Of a stretch of DNA of 64,000 nt, positions 1 through 12,746 are shown piece after piece; within the stretch, counting starts at the first letter, position 1, and each line of letters starts with the position of its first letter. The DNA is from Amoeboaphelidium protococcarum X5 (lineage: Eukaryota; Fungi; Aphelidiomycota). The stretch lies in contig JALDTO010000155.1 of the NCBI GenBank assembly GCA_023515725.1, forward strand, positions 903,147 to 967,146. The letters are read 5' to 3'. The notes under the pieces are model-generated. The model made no database searches. It saw nothing but the letters and a program-made list of their open reading frames with translations, and was not told the DNA's origin. The position numbers and the translations under genes are program-made.

Positions 1-382
1 GCCTCTATTACGGCGCCCAATCCGGCGTAGAAGGTGGTTCATAATCTGACTGCTCACTATCAGTATCTGTGGCAGGAAAAAAAGGCCTATAAACCCCATT
101 ACCCACCGTTTATCTCAATCTATCTAATTATCTCTTTTCTCTCTCTAGCTAAGCATTGAGCAGCTTTTAAACCAAATCCGCAATAGAATTATGAGCTAAG
201 CAAGATTCGTAAGCCCTGATTGAAGGACTTCCATAATCTTGATATACATCATAGATTCTAAATGCCAATACCGTCTTCACGCCGGACCGCCTCTGTCCCA
301 ATGACCGAAGAATTTCGCTAAGAGTGGCATTCTTTAAATTAGTCAAATCGCCCAGTGTCAATTTCCTCTCCACAATTTACAT
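1..382 (-). CDS. N-terminal part of a SAP-domain protein (possibly a Siz/PIAS-type SUMO ligase); runs off the window start
   Basis: ATG at 382. With TAR=Q the frame is open to position 2. LTLGDLTNLKNATLSEILRSLGQRRSGVKTVLAFRI fits the SAP consensus (L..LK..EL..L...GL..SG.K..L..RI). Confidence 0.6.
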
Positions 383-701
383 CTGTTATTAATAAAGTCT
401 AATTAATTAAGTCTAGATTAAAAGCGTTAATACAGCCAGATACGGGAAACGACCAACACTTATAAATATTAACGATGCTTAACACACTTTTCTCAAAGAC
501 TACTGGCGTTGACGGGAGGAAAAATAATCTCCAGAAAGATGAAAGTCTCGCGTGACGCGTCTGATTCGTTTCAACTCGTCAGCAAAATTTCTATTCACAG
601 TTCAGTGCCAAATTACAGTTTCTGCGCTTTCTATACTGACAGGCTGTTCTGTAAAGTTTCTCTTTTAACATATATTACTTAGTAGTGTTCAAGTCACAAA
701 A

Positions 702-1690
702 ATGGAGGAAGCGCAGTTAAAATTGTCTTAAATACACATAACTAGTCCTGCTAGAACTAAAGGTTACAATCAGTCCAATGTGTCCACCCCAGATATTTTT
801 GGTATGAAATCGAGCAAAACTCCATTGAAGCCCATGGATGTGGAAGAAGATGATGAGGGGCCTCCTAAAATGAGATCTTTGACGATGGTATCTGGCAGCG
901 AAAAGAAAAGATCTTAACTGTCGAGTTAGAAAAAGAGTTAGAATGCTAAACCGCAATGGGATGGTTCATTTGCAAAGAAGATCAGTGATTCTACTCCAAA
1001 GCGGGTTACTACTGCTGATGTTCGTATGCGTAAACAGTCTACCTCCGTTGCGAATTTTTCAAACTAGCAATCATCTGTCAGAGTATCTCACTCTCCCAGA
1101 ACACCTCACGTCTCGTAGACCAATGCTAAGAAGTAAAAGAATATGGGCTAGCTAGCTCGTCCCGTCTTGGTATGTTATATATTTACTGTTAAACATTGTA
1201 AATATGCTAGTATTTGAATGTGCATGTGTAGTCTACCAAGTTTGCTCATGTTTCAGCACAGGTGACTCAGGATGGTTTCGCCGTTCCAAAGTTGCCAACA
1301 ACGCACCATCAGCCATCATTCGCGTCATCCAACAAGGAGAACGCCAATTCTGCTACTGCAGCTAGTTTAAATTCGTCTAAAGAATTGAAATTATAGTTGT
1401 AGAAGGGTAAGCTTTCTAAATTGTTATACCTAAGGTGCATTCATTTACTTTAGTGTCGTGTAGAGATTGCACTAAGGCAAGAGTTTGAACAGAAATATCT
1501 GCGCGAAAAGAAGGGCCGAATCAAGGCCGAGCTTGAATGTTCTAATCTTGAAGAGAAGGTGTTTCAATTGGAATCTAGACTGCGCACGCTTGGTGCAACT
1601 GACAACGCGTCTATTCTTAATAGTACACATCAGGTATCTGCTTCCGTAAATGGGACTGAATCTAAAATGGGGTCCGAGAAGACGGGTTGA
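702..1690 (+). CDS. Hypothetical Ser/Lys-rich protein with a short C-terminal coiled coil; introns 1170-1231 and 1407-1463
   Basis: ATG 702. Two GT..AG introns (GTATGT, GTAAGC; 62 and 57 nt) restore one frame that ends at TGA 1688-1690. Confidence 0.6.
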
Positions 1691-1798
1691 ACGACTGAGT
1701 CAATAAATTTTTTGATCGCTCGCCTTCCTTGTCTCTTTTTGATCTTGATCTTTACTACCAACTTAATTTGACACCATTGCTAACAGATACAAAGCAAG

Positions 1799-2255
1799 AT
1801 GAGAAGTGATTTGAAGAATATCAAGAGACGTGAAAAGAGTATCAATTTTCTAAAGATTGTTATTATAAATCCGCCATTTTTATTCATGTAGAAAAATAGG
1901 TGGTTGTAAATAAGCTGACTGATAAATTGGACGATATGCTCTCGTCGATATTTGACACTAAAACTCATTAGGAAAATGACGTGCCCATGGATGGTAATTT
2001 GAATTCGATGTTGTGCCTAATTAATGTTTTTTTTGATAAGCTGTATTAGATGTAGAGACTACGCATAGAGAATCTTCAAAAGCCAATGAAAGTGCTATAA
2101 TGAATAGAAATGGTAAAGCTAAAATATCGAAAAAGCGAAAACTAAGCAAGAAGTAGATTGAACAGGCCGCCAGTAGAGCCGCGCGAATGGAGAGTAAAGT
2201 GCAAAAGTCGGATGAGAAGCGGGCTAAAAGATACGAAGCTAGAGGCGACTACTGA
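1799..2255 (+). CDS. Small basic protein, Alb1/Ecm1-like pre-60S factor (tentative); introns 1839-1891 and ~1995-2049
   Basis: The spliced frame ends KISKKRKLSKKQIEQAASRAARMESKVQKSDEKRAKRYEARGDY-TGA, which resembles the basic C-terminal helix of fungal Alb1/Ecm1. Confidence 0.4.
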
Positions 2256-2541
2256 CTGAATTGCATACTTTGTTTAATGAAATTGATACTTTTTACTATT
2301 TACCTTACTTTCTTCATCTCCATCTCTGTTGTAGAACATGTAGATATGAATTGCATAGTCAATGCATTTAGGAGAGAAAAAGCAGTTTTTGATCATTTTT
2401 CCTTGTTTCATCTTTATTCTACTTTATATTTCAATCAAACTTTGTGGTTATATATTCTGTGCGATAGAATTTTCTTGTCTTATCTGAGTATCTTTGGATA
2501 TATATAATTTTAGATACTTCTAAAGATCGTATTATATATCA

Positions 2542-5500
2542 ATGAATATCTAAATCAGTTAAGAAAGCTCAATTATATCTGGTGGCGTCGATACAAATGA
2601 TATTACAGAGAGTTCACATCAAAGTGCTTCTAGCCTTTCACACAATCAATTAGCTTCTGTAAAAAAGATTAAACCCATATTGATATTCCGTCCAGCATTA
2701 TCTAGTTCTGATCTAAAATAGAATGATACTCTTTCTGCGGTTTCCGTTGGTTCTAGTGCCGCTTAGATTGCGAAGAGTGCTTCTGTCAACTCTGCGCCTG
2801 TCACTGAAGATGATCAGGATCTACTGAGTCTGTCTAAAGATATTGGAGTCGTTTATGCAATGAATACATTTGTAGCCAATTTGGAAGGTTAGGTGTGTGT
2901 TCTGAAAGGTGATGCTTTGGTTTTGCTTGATGATACTAACAGCTATTGGTGGCTGGTGCGTTGTCTAAAGACTGCTGAGGTTGGTTACATCCCGGCGGAG
3001 AATATTGAAACTCAACCAGAGAAATTGGCTCGACTCAATAAGTAGAGGAATATGAGACTGGCTGCACCTAGGGAGATGGATTTTAAGATTGATGATAATA
3101 GTGGAATGAGTTCTAGTGTGCCGGCTGAGTTAACAGAAATTAATAGAGCACTCGAGAGCGGAATTTTCAATGTCAAGAGTTTATCTGATCCGATGGACAG
3201 TGAACATCAGGATCGCCACAATGAACCGTAAAGATCATCAACTGGTTCGCCAAAACATCGCTCTGGACTGCGATCGTCTGGTAAATTTAGTAGTAGTAAT
3301 AATAATAATAACCATAATAAATCTGTCAAGTTTAATGATCAGGTGTTGGCAATACGTCATTCAGATGATGAGAGCTCATCTGGTAGTGTTGAAACTGTTG
3401 GATAAGATGATAGCCTCATGTCTAGTTTTGAAGCTGATCCCAAGACTTCCAAACAGTAATAACAGTCTGCTATGTAGTCTTTTGGAGGCGCGATGTTGAA
3501 ATTCTTTAATGGAATTAGAAAGCCAATGAAGAGTTCTTAGATTGTTGGTAAAGTGTCCGACGAGGATTTGTAGATTGGATAGTCTGAAGATTCTGTGAAA
3601 TAGAAGGTTAAGACTCCAGAGTCTGTCATTGATAATAAGGTCATTAAGTCTCAACTGGCTACTTCGAGTAAATTATCGGTAGGGAGAAAGAGTTCGTCTG
3701 ACAGAGTATCCAGCAAGTCCTCAGATCGACTTTAGTTATCCACTGATCACCCACCAAGTAACAAATCTTCATTAAGTGTTCATTCTAAGCAAATGGATCT
3801 ACAACGTGAGGAGTTGGCTTCTCCTATCTAATAGTCGCAGTCAAGTACTAATGCATTGATGGTATTGAAAATTTTCTCTGGTAATTATGACTTTAAGGCT
3901 ACTTATAAAACTGTTTAGGTTGGTAAGCAGACAAAAGTCTCTGAGGTAATAGCCCTTGCTTTGGTCAAGTTTAAAGTTGCCGGTGCTGTTCTACCTAGTA
4001 AAGCGTTGAATTCCAGCCCGATTGTAGCTCCTACAGCCTTGTTAGACTCGCTCCCGGTTGACGGTGATTAGTTAAATGATAAAAGCCAAAGTTAATCCTT
4101 TGGTGAATCGGCTCATGATTAGACGATTCCTGTTTAAGAGTTACTAAAGTACTATTATCTCTCTGTGGTACATGGTGATTCTAAAGAGAAGGTTGTGAAT
4201 TTTAATGAGCCTATTTTAGATGTGCTGCTGAGGTTGTAATCAAAGTCTATAAGGCCCGGTGTTGCGCCATCTTCTCAGAAAGGCATTCTCCGATACTTGG
4301 AAAGTGTATCAGCTGATGGCAAAATCTCTTCTATTAGAACTCCCAATGATAGTGAAATCAAGTTTCTTTTAAATTTGAAGTCTAACGTTTAACCTGAATA
4401 TGTGATCGAGGATCAGTATCTCATACGCGTCTATTATCATGGTGACACTTTTGTGAACGGTGTCATGCAAGCTGTGAAGACATTAGGAGTAAAATCTGAT
4501 CTCAAGATGAAAGAAGTAGTTGAGTTGGCTTAGAAAAAGTTTAAACTTTCCCCTCTCCAAAGAGCGGTAGGTAATTTCATTGACTGTAGTGAAGATTTTC
4601 ACCTATGGAAAGTGCGAGAAGAAGTTACGTCATTAGGTGCAAATAGTTAGGCGAGTCTGACATTATCTGCCTTGGATCTTCTGCAGCGGCCTCATTAGTA
4701 ACTGATTTCCATAATGAAGCCTGATATTATGATTTCAGATGAGTTGAAGTTTGGTGATGTTGTGAAGAGTTTTATGATTGAACAGGAGACTGACTCGCTG
4801 GAAGAAGGATAACTTAATTTTGTTCTACAAAGGAATCCATCTTCTCACAATAGTGGCTCATCCTCTCGGACTGCTCTTAATGATGATCTTACTCCGACTG
4901 CTACCATAATTGGGCAAGCTCAAATTGCCTCAATTGATGAAGATTATTTTGGTGGTAATTAGTAGTCATAGAAGTCTAATAGTAGCCCGACTATGGGGGT
5001 CAGAAATGCCGCCATGCAAAAGCAATCGCCTCAGCCTCGTCGACCTGAAAGGACAGTTGCGCCTTCTCCGCTGAGTTAGTCAATATTACCATCTAATTCA
5101 ACAATAACTAGCCTAGATTAGTCAGGTACTCTGTTTTAAGATCAATATGTAGAATCTAGTCATTTGTCGTCTTTTAATCTTATACTACCAGTCGTCGATG
5201 CGTAGTAGAGTAAAAATATGGAACTTTCAAGCACGTAAAAGAACGTTAATACAAATCATCTGGCATCTTAAACTGTAGATTAGTAATCTATTGTGGATAT
5301 ATCTGTTCCGTAAGGTGTGGAGGCATCTAATGATATAATTAATGACGTATTGAATGTTTATGAGAACCAGACGAATTTGCAAGCTTCCCCGTCTTCACAT
5401 CGTCCGCGACATGGTTCCAATTAGGAAAGCTCTGTTAACGAAGACTCGCAGCCAGGTAGTCGTGATAATATGGTACTTTAACGGGCCAAATAGCCAACTG

Positions 5501-6693
5501 TCGATTCTACTCCGTAATCAACTAATGAGTCTAGTTTACTTGGGAGCGATGCTGGTTCCGATTTGAATTCGTCATCTCGTGTAAATGTCTTGTCGAAAGA
5601 CACTATAAATTCTTCTGTTTAGTAAGCTGCCCCTTCTAGTCAGTCTCTGCTGTCCAGCGATTCAAGTGGCGGTACCAACTAGACGCCGCCGAACGTGCAC
5701 AAGCAGAAATCAATGGATAGTTTGTCGAAGCCCAAACATGCATCTGAAATCCGCCGAGCCTCCGCTGATATGACGAATAAGAAGATGAAAGTACAGAAGC
5801 CGTAGTAGAGGGCTGAGATTGCACAATTGATCAAAGAATAAAGTAGTGGTAAATTTAACGACGATGAGGAACACCGAAGGCAAGGTGAGGAGTACTTGTA
5901 AAAGTTTCTTGGAACGGTTAATTCTCCATCTGCAAAAAGGCAATCTGTGTCGTCTACTGTGTCGTCTGCAAGCTCTAGTAATTCCAACTCATCTTCGGCA
6001 GTGAAGCGGAGTATGCTTATCAATAGTCAGAGTAGAACCATCAGTAATTTTAGTATTGGAAACAACGGGCGAAGCCCTATGATCGAAAGTATGGGAGAGT
6101 TAGAGGCTGGCGCGGATGGAAATGGTATGAGATTGCCGCAAGAGCCTGTTCATCCAGACATTCCATATATATATGGAATTGATTATGGTATATATGCATC
6201 TCCTAAGTAATCTAGAACGCAGTAAAGTGTAAAAGCAAAGCGTCTGAGTTAATAAGGAAATGGAGATTAGAGCTTTATGGGCAATTTAGTGGTGGCATCA
6301 TCATCATCTTCTAGCGCGTTATCACCCAGTCAATAAAGGTAGATTAAAAAGCAATAGCGGGACATAAAGCGAAATCAAATGCGATTAAAAGAAATTTCTG
6401 CTGCTGCCACTGCCACTGCCGAACCTTCCACTACCGCGAACAGTAGTCTAGAATCGTCAATATCTGACCGTTTGAACAGCACTTCGCGTAGAACTTCCGT
6501 GCAGAATAGTCTTCTAGAGTCTACTTCCACCCTGGAGTCAACCGATAGAATCATTGCCACTGAACCTGCTATTCTGAATGAAATATTGGAAGAAATTGTT
6601 AAAAAGAAGACTGCAAGACTAGGATTGTATAGAGATTCTCAAGACGGAAGTGAGGCTAGTGGAAATAACAGCGACAGTCAACTTATAGAGTGA
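2542..6693 (+). CDS. Tea4/Bud14-like cell-polarity protein (SH3, PP1-binding RVxF motif, Ras-association domain), ~1383 aa
   Basis: One frame with TAR=Q joins the ORF fragments at 5947 and 6379 and ends in TGA. SH3 VYAMNTFVANLEGQVCVLKGDALVLLDDTNSYWWLVR...GYIPAENIETQPEKLARLNK is diagnostic of Bud14/Tea4. KSVKF at ~3319. RA-like LKIFSGNYDFKATYKTVQV at ~3865. Confidence 0.85.
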
Positions 6694-7009
6694 ATGATTT
6701 AGAATGAATGAATATAGATGATGTTTAAATTCAAAATTTTAAGTTAAGTAATCCAGTTAATACTTTAAAAAGATGGGTCAATTGAACACTTACCATTAAA
6801 GCCATCTTTTCTTTCCTCAATAAGAGACACCGCTTGGAGATTAACAATCAACACCATGGCAACATCTACATTGACAATCTATGCTGATGTTGATTCAAGT
6901 TGTTTTATTCAAAATACTGTTGTAGTAATTTTTAGTTCATTAGACTGAGGGGAATCAATCTTTAATTATTATTACTATCTAAGAATCTGCATACAGAGAA
7001 GAGTGATAA

Positions 7010-10000
7010 ATGTTCAAGATCAAATCATCAAGCAGTGGTACCAACAACACTAACAATAAGCAGACACTCTCGCCCGACGTTGGAGGATCGCGATAGGAAG
7101 GCGGCGAGAAAAAGGAACGCCGTGGATCGATATCATCATTCGTTAACTTTGGTAGAAGATCATCCAAAGCCTCAGTCAAGGACCAAGCTTCCCCTACTGG
7201 CTCGCAGTAACAGCAGTCTTCGCGTCAGGATGAAGATAATAATATTCCACAGATTCAAGATTACGTCGACAACAAAGATTTTGTCAAAGGTCTGCCGTCC
7301 ATCTTGAAAGCTCTGTTTCAGGAAGATTAGGAAAAGTTTCGAGAATTGATCAGTAAGAAGAAGGCAGATTTGGGCCAGGCGGACAAGAAATGTGGTAGAA
7401 ATCTGTTTCATTGGAGTGCACTGCTAGGCAGGACTGAGTTTGCAAAGATGGCTGTGGACACTACTAATAATGCTAAAGATATCTTGAATGCAATTAATGC
7501 AGTTGACTCGGATGGGCGAACTCCGCTGTGTCTTGCGGTAATTACTTAGCGAATAGATCTATTACGCGTGTTGATGAACGAAAGCACTGCCGCTCTTAAT
7601 GTGATTGATAAGCATGGAAAGTCACCGCTTCACTATGCTATGTACAATGATGATCTCGCTGTATGCACAGTTCTAATCTTGAGAGGTGCGAATGTAAACG
7701 AGATTAATACGAGCAGTGGTGAGCCTATTCTGATTGAGAGTATCCTTCGTCGCCATTACGATGTCGCTCAGTTTCTGATAAAGAATAATTGTAATTTGCA
7801 GCTCCTGGATAGAAGTAAGAGGAATGCTTTACATCATGCAGTTATTGAACAGTGTTATGATATATGTAAAGCTTTGATTGACAAGGGGATCGATATGGAT
7901 ACGCTGGATTACTCTGGACTATCTCCTATGGAATATGCCAAAGATGCAATGACTGATGTACAGGAAGATCTGAAGAATGACAACTCAATTGATGAAGATT
8001 CAGTGCCAGCTGTTGCCATCTACAAATTGCTTGTTAATGCCAATGCCAGACGCAATTATGAGGCTGAGGATGATGTAGAAGATATTATAAGTAGCCGCGA
8101 GTTGAATTTGGGTGACAGTGCAGCAGCTGATGATTTTAATGAGTCCATGAGTGCTAATGGAAATGATTTCTCAACTATGCCACACCCACATGGCAACAGT
8201 TAAATCTCAAATTCCTCTGCTCATTAGACGTACACTATGCCGCGTATCGTCGTTGATAACCAAGAGTCATCTAGAAAGAGTTTGCTGATTCCCGAAGTTG
8301 TGATTAACAATAAAGGAGTTGAAGAGACCGTGGTATATAATCCCTTGTCCAGACGTGGCTCACTTAAAAGTGGGGTCGCCACAACCATCAGTATGCCGCG
8401 TAAGTTGTCGATGATTGCATAGAGTAATTAGAATAGCACATACGAGACTAATGTGCACTCATCGAATGATGTTGATATGTTTGGTTCTCAGCCTCTGCAG
8501 TAGTCTTCTAAATCATCAGGTGATGAATTATTCAATGATAGAAAGTCTTAGAATTCCGCCAAGTCAAAGTCTCAACTGTCTGTATCTAATGCTAGTAATC
8601 TGTTCAAGTCTAAAAGTGTCGGGATATCTGGTTAGGTTAATAATAACGAGTCCCACTCTTAGTAATAGTAGAAATCTCAATACCCAGAGAATATGTCAGA
8701 TGCTGCGAATCCACAATAGGTGCACAAGTATCTTTAGTTGGAGGAGAAGAATCGCCATTTGAAAGACACTATAGCTGAGTTAATGAATACTTTTGTGTTA
8801 TCTGGCCTGATAGAGATTGGAGATTCTGACAATGAAGATCAAATGCCTTAATAAGCTTTGGATGCCGCACGGGATATGATCACCCAGTTCGCGTTATTGA
8901 AGACTCAGTATGAGCAGCAGTCTCTGGATGTGTAGAACTCCAGCGCCAACATGACTGCTATTCAATCTGCCGGTCAGATTAATGCTGAATTACAGGAGGC
9001 TTTGCTCAAGATTTAGCAGTTGGAGGCTTAAAATGAAAGTGTTAAAGCTTCTTAGAATAAGGAACTGTCTGAGTTATAGGACAATTTCAAGTCTGTATAG
9101 AATGAAAAGTCGCTGCTGTAAAAGTAGTTTACTGATAGTCAATAGGCATTGTCTTCCCTGAGATCATAGTTGCAGGCTAAAGACATCCAAATTGTTGACT
9201 TGGAGTCTGATCTAAGTGAGCAAAAGACTGACAATGAGCAATTACAAGTGAATTTAACCAAGGCGATTTAATCTAATCTGGATCTTAAAAAGCAGTTGGA
9301 ATTGATGTCCCATTCATCCAGCAATGGCGGCAAAAATGTGAATGTTGTAAGTTCAGAGTAGATCGCGTCTCTCGTGAAGGATTTGAAGACCAAGGACGAA
9401 GAGAACTTTAAGTTGAGGCGAGAAATGCTGTAGAAGTAGGTAGAGTCTGATGAAAAGTTGAAGTCAATGAGGCAGGAGCTTGAAAATGGCAATCAGAAGC
9501 TGGCGCTGCTGCGTAGAGAGGCTGAGGATAAGGAGCGTCTTTATATGGAAGTAAACGCGTCAAGCAAATCTAATCGGCACTCTGGCAATCATTCTCTCTC
9601 TTCCATCGGAGAGGAGCCATTCTCCAGTAAAGAGCAGCTGTATGTTGAGCTTTCGTCAGAGCTGAATGCCGTTCAGCATAGACTTAATCTTGAGATTGCT
9701 GGTAGGAAGGAGTTGGAAGGTGATATGGCGGCTCTGGCTAGTGAGAAGACCAAATTAGAGACGTAGTTGATTGCGTCTAAACAGTAAATTGTAATGTTAG
9801 AAGCTAATTTGAACCGACTAGAAGACTCGTAGACAGATGCTCTGACTCGATCTAAGGATGACTAATCTCTAGCTATAAAATTGGAATTGGATTAGTTTAA
9901 AGTGAAGGAGTCCAAGCTGTTGGCTGACATTGAAGCATTAAATGTTAAAATCAGTCTGGTGTCTAGTTAGAGAGATGAATTGTTAATGGAGAATCAAGGT

Positions 10001-12700
10001 TTATAAAGTAAGTGCAAAATATTCTAATCTGATAGTTAGCGTATGGAAGTGTCTATGGCTAATTATGTATCTAAAATTGATCAGTTGAATTATGAGCTGA
10101 CCGCTTTGAAGGCAGCTAATGGGCAGCAATCTAATGAGTACATGTCGATCATTTAGCAGAATTTGGATCAAGAGAGAATTAGCAATAAAGTTTTGCAGTA
10201 GGAGATTGAATAGACCTATAGTAGCTGCGTGGAATTATAGTCACAAGTTGACTAGCTGGAATTTCGTGTTGGACAAGTAAGTAAAGAGAAAGCTGAAGTG
10301 GCCGCTCTCAATCAAACAGTCACTTAAGAGTTATTAGAACTAAAGGAGCAATATTCTGCTGTCTAGTTGAAATTGACTGAATCTCAGCGCTCATGTGATA
10401 ACTACGTGGAGATTGAGTCTAAATTGAGCAAAGAGTTAAAGTTACGTGAGGAATAGCTTACTGCTTAGATGAATAAGGAAAGAGAACTGAATGATGTTAT
10501 TGCCCACTTGACTAAAGATCTCGCCAAGGCCAAGAGTGATCTCTTGAATGCTGATAAGCAAATGTTTGAGGCCAACTCTGCTGATAAAGCCCAGATAAGA
10601 TCCTTGCAGTCATAGTTGAAAGATAAGATGACTTCAGTAGAGAATAGAGATAGACTGTTGTCAAAAGCCAAGGATGAATTTGAATATCTACAAAAGGAGT
10701 TGAATGAGGCGTAGAAGGCAGTGGAGAAGGAGCGTGAACGTGCCACGGCGGAGATGTTCGATCTGACAATTCAGGCGGAGGAGAGCAAGACTAAGCTGAA
10801 TGAGTAGAGCGAGAAAATTTATCAGCTGCTGCGCACCAAAGCTGATTTGGAGAACAAGTTGGCAGATGCACAGCGAAAGGTAGAGAGCTCAATGAATTTC
10901 AACCAGGACTAGTTGGAGAAATAGATTGCTGATCTACGTGTGAAATACGACCTGCTTAAGGAAGAGTATGGTAAATTGGGTGATTCTGCACAGTCTTTGA
11001 AGAAGAAACTGAGCAAGACTGAGAGGGAGTTGCGTGAGCAGGTCTCCTCTCTAAATGAATCTAATGCGCTCAAGATGGATTTGGAAAGGGAGAAGGATGT
11101 GTTGGTGGCTTAAAATTTTAAAGTGCAGCAGTAATTGAACGAATGTCTGAGATGGAAGAAGGATGTTGAGGATACTGCTGATATGCTTGTAAATAGACTT
11201 GATGACGCTCTCATTATCCAGTCACCTACGACGCAAGAGAGGAGACGCAAGTCTAGCAGTCTAGCTAACGTCAAGCCTGAAGTGTACCTGTCCAAGATGG
11301 AGGCCGTCTGGGATGATCTTGATGAGATTCCAACTACCATGAAGTCTTTCACGGAGAAGTTGCATTCGATAACAGAGTAACATCTGTCCAGTGGCCCCTC
11401 AAGCAAAGTGTGGAAGAGAGTTTTTGCCGCGTTGAAGAGTGCTATAGAGAATTCTCTGGGTCAACGTGTGGTGTCAATGCTGGATAGCGCAGCTGATAAT
11501 TGTTCAAGATACGCGTAGGAGCTGTAAGGTCTCCTCAAGTCATATGAAAAGATGTAGAGCGACTCTGCTGCAGTCTAATAAATGAGGTAATTGCTACAAT
11601 CTCTGGAGTAAGAGAAGAGGGCGGTGGAGGACAAGTATCGAGAACTGTCCCTGATTCATGGCATGTAATAGGATGAACTTTCTCAGACTAAGAAGGTTGT
11701 TGCTGATTTCTAAATGCAATCTTCAGTGTATACCAACAGAGTCATTGACTTGGAAAAGAATTGTGCATAACTACAGATGGAAGTCACCATTTTGGATGCA
11801 GAACGTTAGAAAGCGTCTGCACTATCCGATTAGCTGAATCAAGTCTAATCTGAGTTGGATAAATTGAGATCGGATTACGAAGAGTTGGAGAATCTGCTTG
11901 ATTAGACAGTGGCTGCAGCTGATGGAGGTGCTGATTTAAATGTCGAATAGATTTTGGCTCTTAAATAGAAAATTGCATCGTAAGAATAGCCAGTAAAATA
12001 ATCTTAGTAGTAGCAGAAACAGTTTGATCACCCGATTCCTCCACCATTGGCAGCTTTAGATCTTAGCAAGAGAAGAATGATTAGTGTGCAAGACAGGAAG
12101 GATTCTTTCATTAGTGGTTAGACTATGAAATTGCAAGCTCAGATCCAGCAGCTGCAGTACTAACTAAAGTTATTAGAGGAGAAGCATGCGCAAGATCCTG
12201 CCTCGTGGAAGGAAGAAAAGCAGTCTCTGGTCAATTAGATTGAAAGCGACAAAGTATTCTATAATCATCACGTCGAGTCGAATAGGCATTTGTTGTTAAA
12301 GTATGAACGGCTGATGACTTAGTCTCTGTAAGTTGGTCGCTTTGCCGCAGAGGATCAGGAAATGGCCAAGATGGCTCTTCAAAAATTGAATCTGCTGCAT
12401 GATGCTCGGTTGAAAGTTGAACGTGCCCAGCAGAGTGCTGATAGGAAGATCAGATAGCTGACTGAGCGTGAAGATAGTGTGTATGTGCGATAGTATCAGG
12501 AATGTATGAAGCAGTTGAATCTTGTCACTCAAGCTTACTAAATGGCCAAGTAAGAGATATTGAATTTGAAAGGTACGCTCTCGGAACTACAATCTCACAC
12601 CTCAACGCAGTATAAAGCTAGAAACAGATTAGAAGAGTAGCTGGCTGAAGTAAAGTTGCTATTATCATACAGTGGAAATAATAGCAAGCGTATAAAATGA
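7010..12700 (+). CDS. Ankyrin-repeat plus very long coiled-coil protein (~1896 aa; UACA/RAI14-like architecture)
   Basis: ATG 7010 follows an in-frame TGA. ORF fragments 7346, 7568, 8237, 9458 and 11135 share one frame. Ankyrin motifs GRTPLCLAV, GKSPLHYA and RNALHHAV. Heptad-rich E/K/Q/L region from ~8730 to TGA at 12698-12700. Confidence 0.8.
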
Positions 12701-12746
12701 GTGCGATATGCTGTTTATTCAAAATATTCTCTTGTTATCAACTCTA

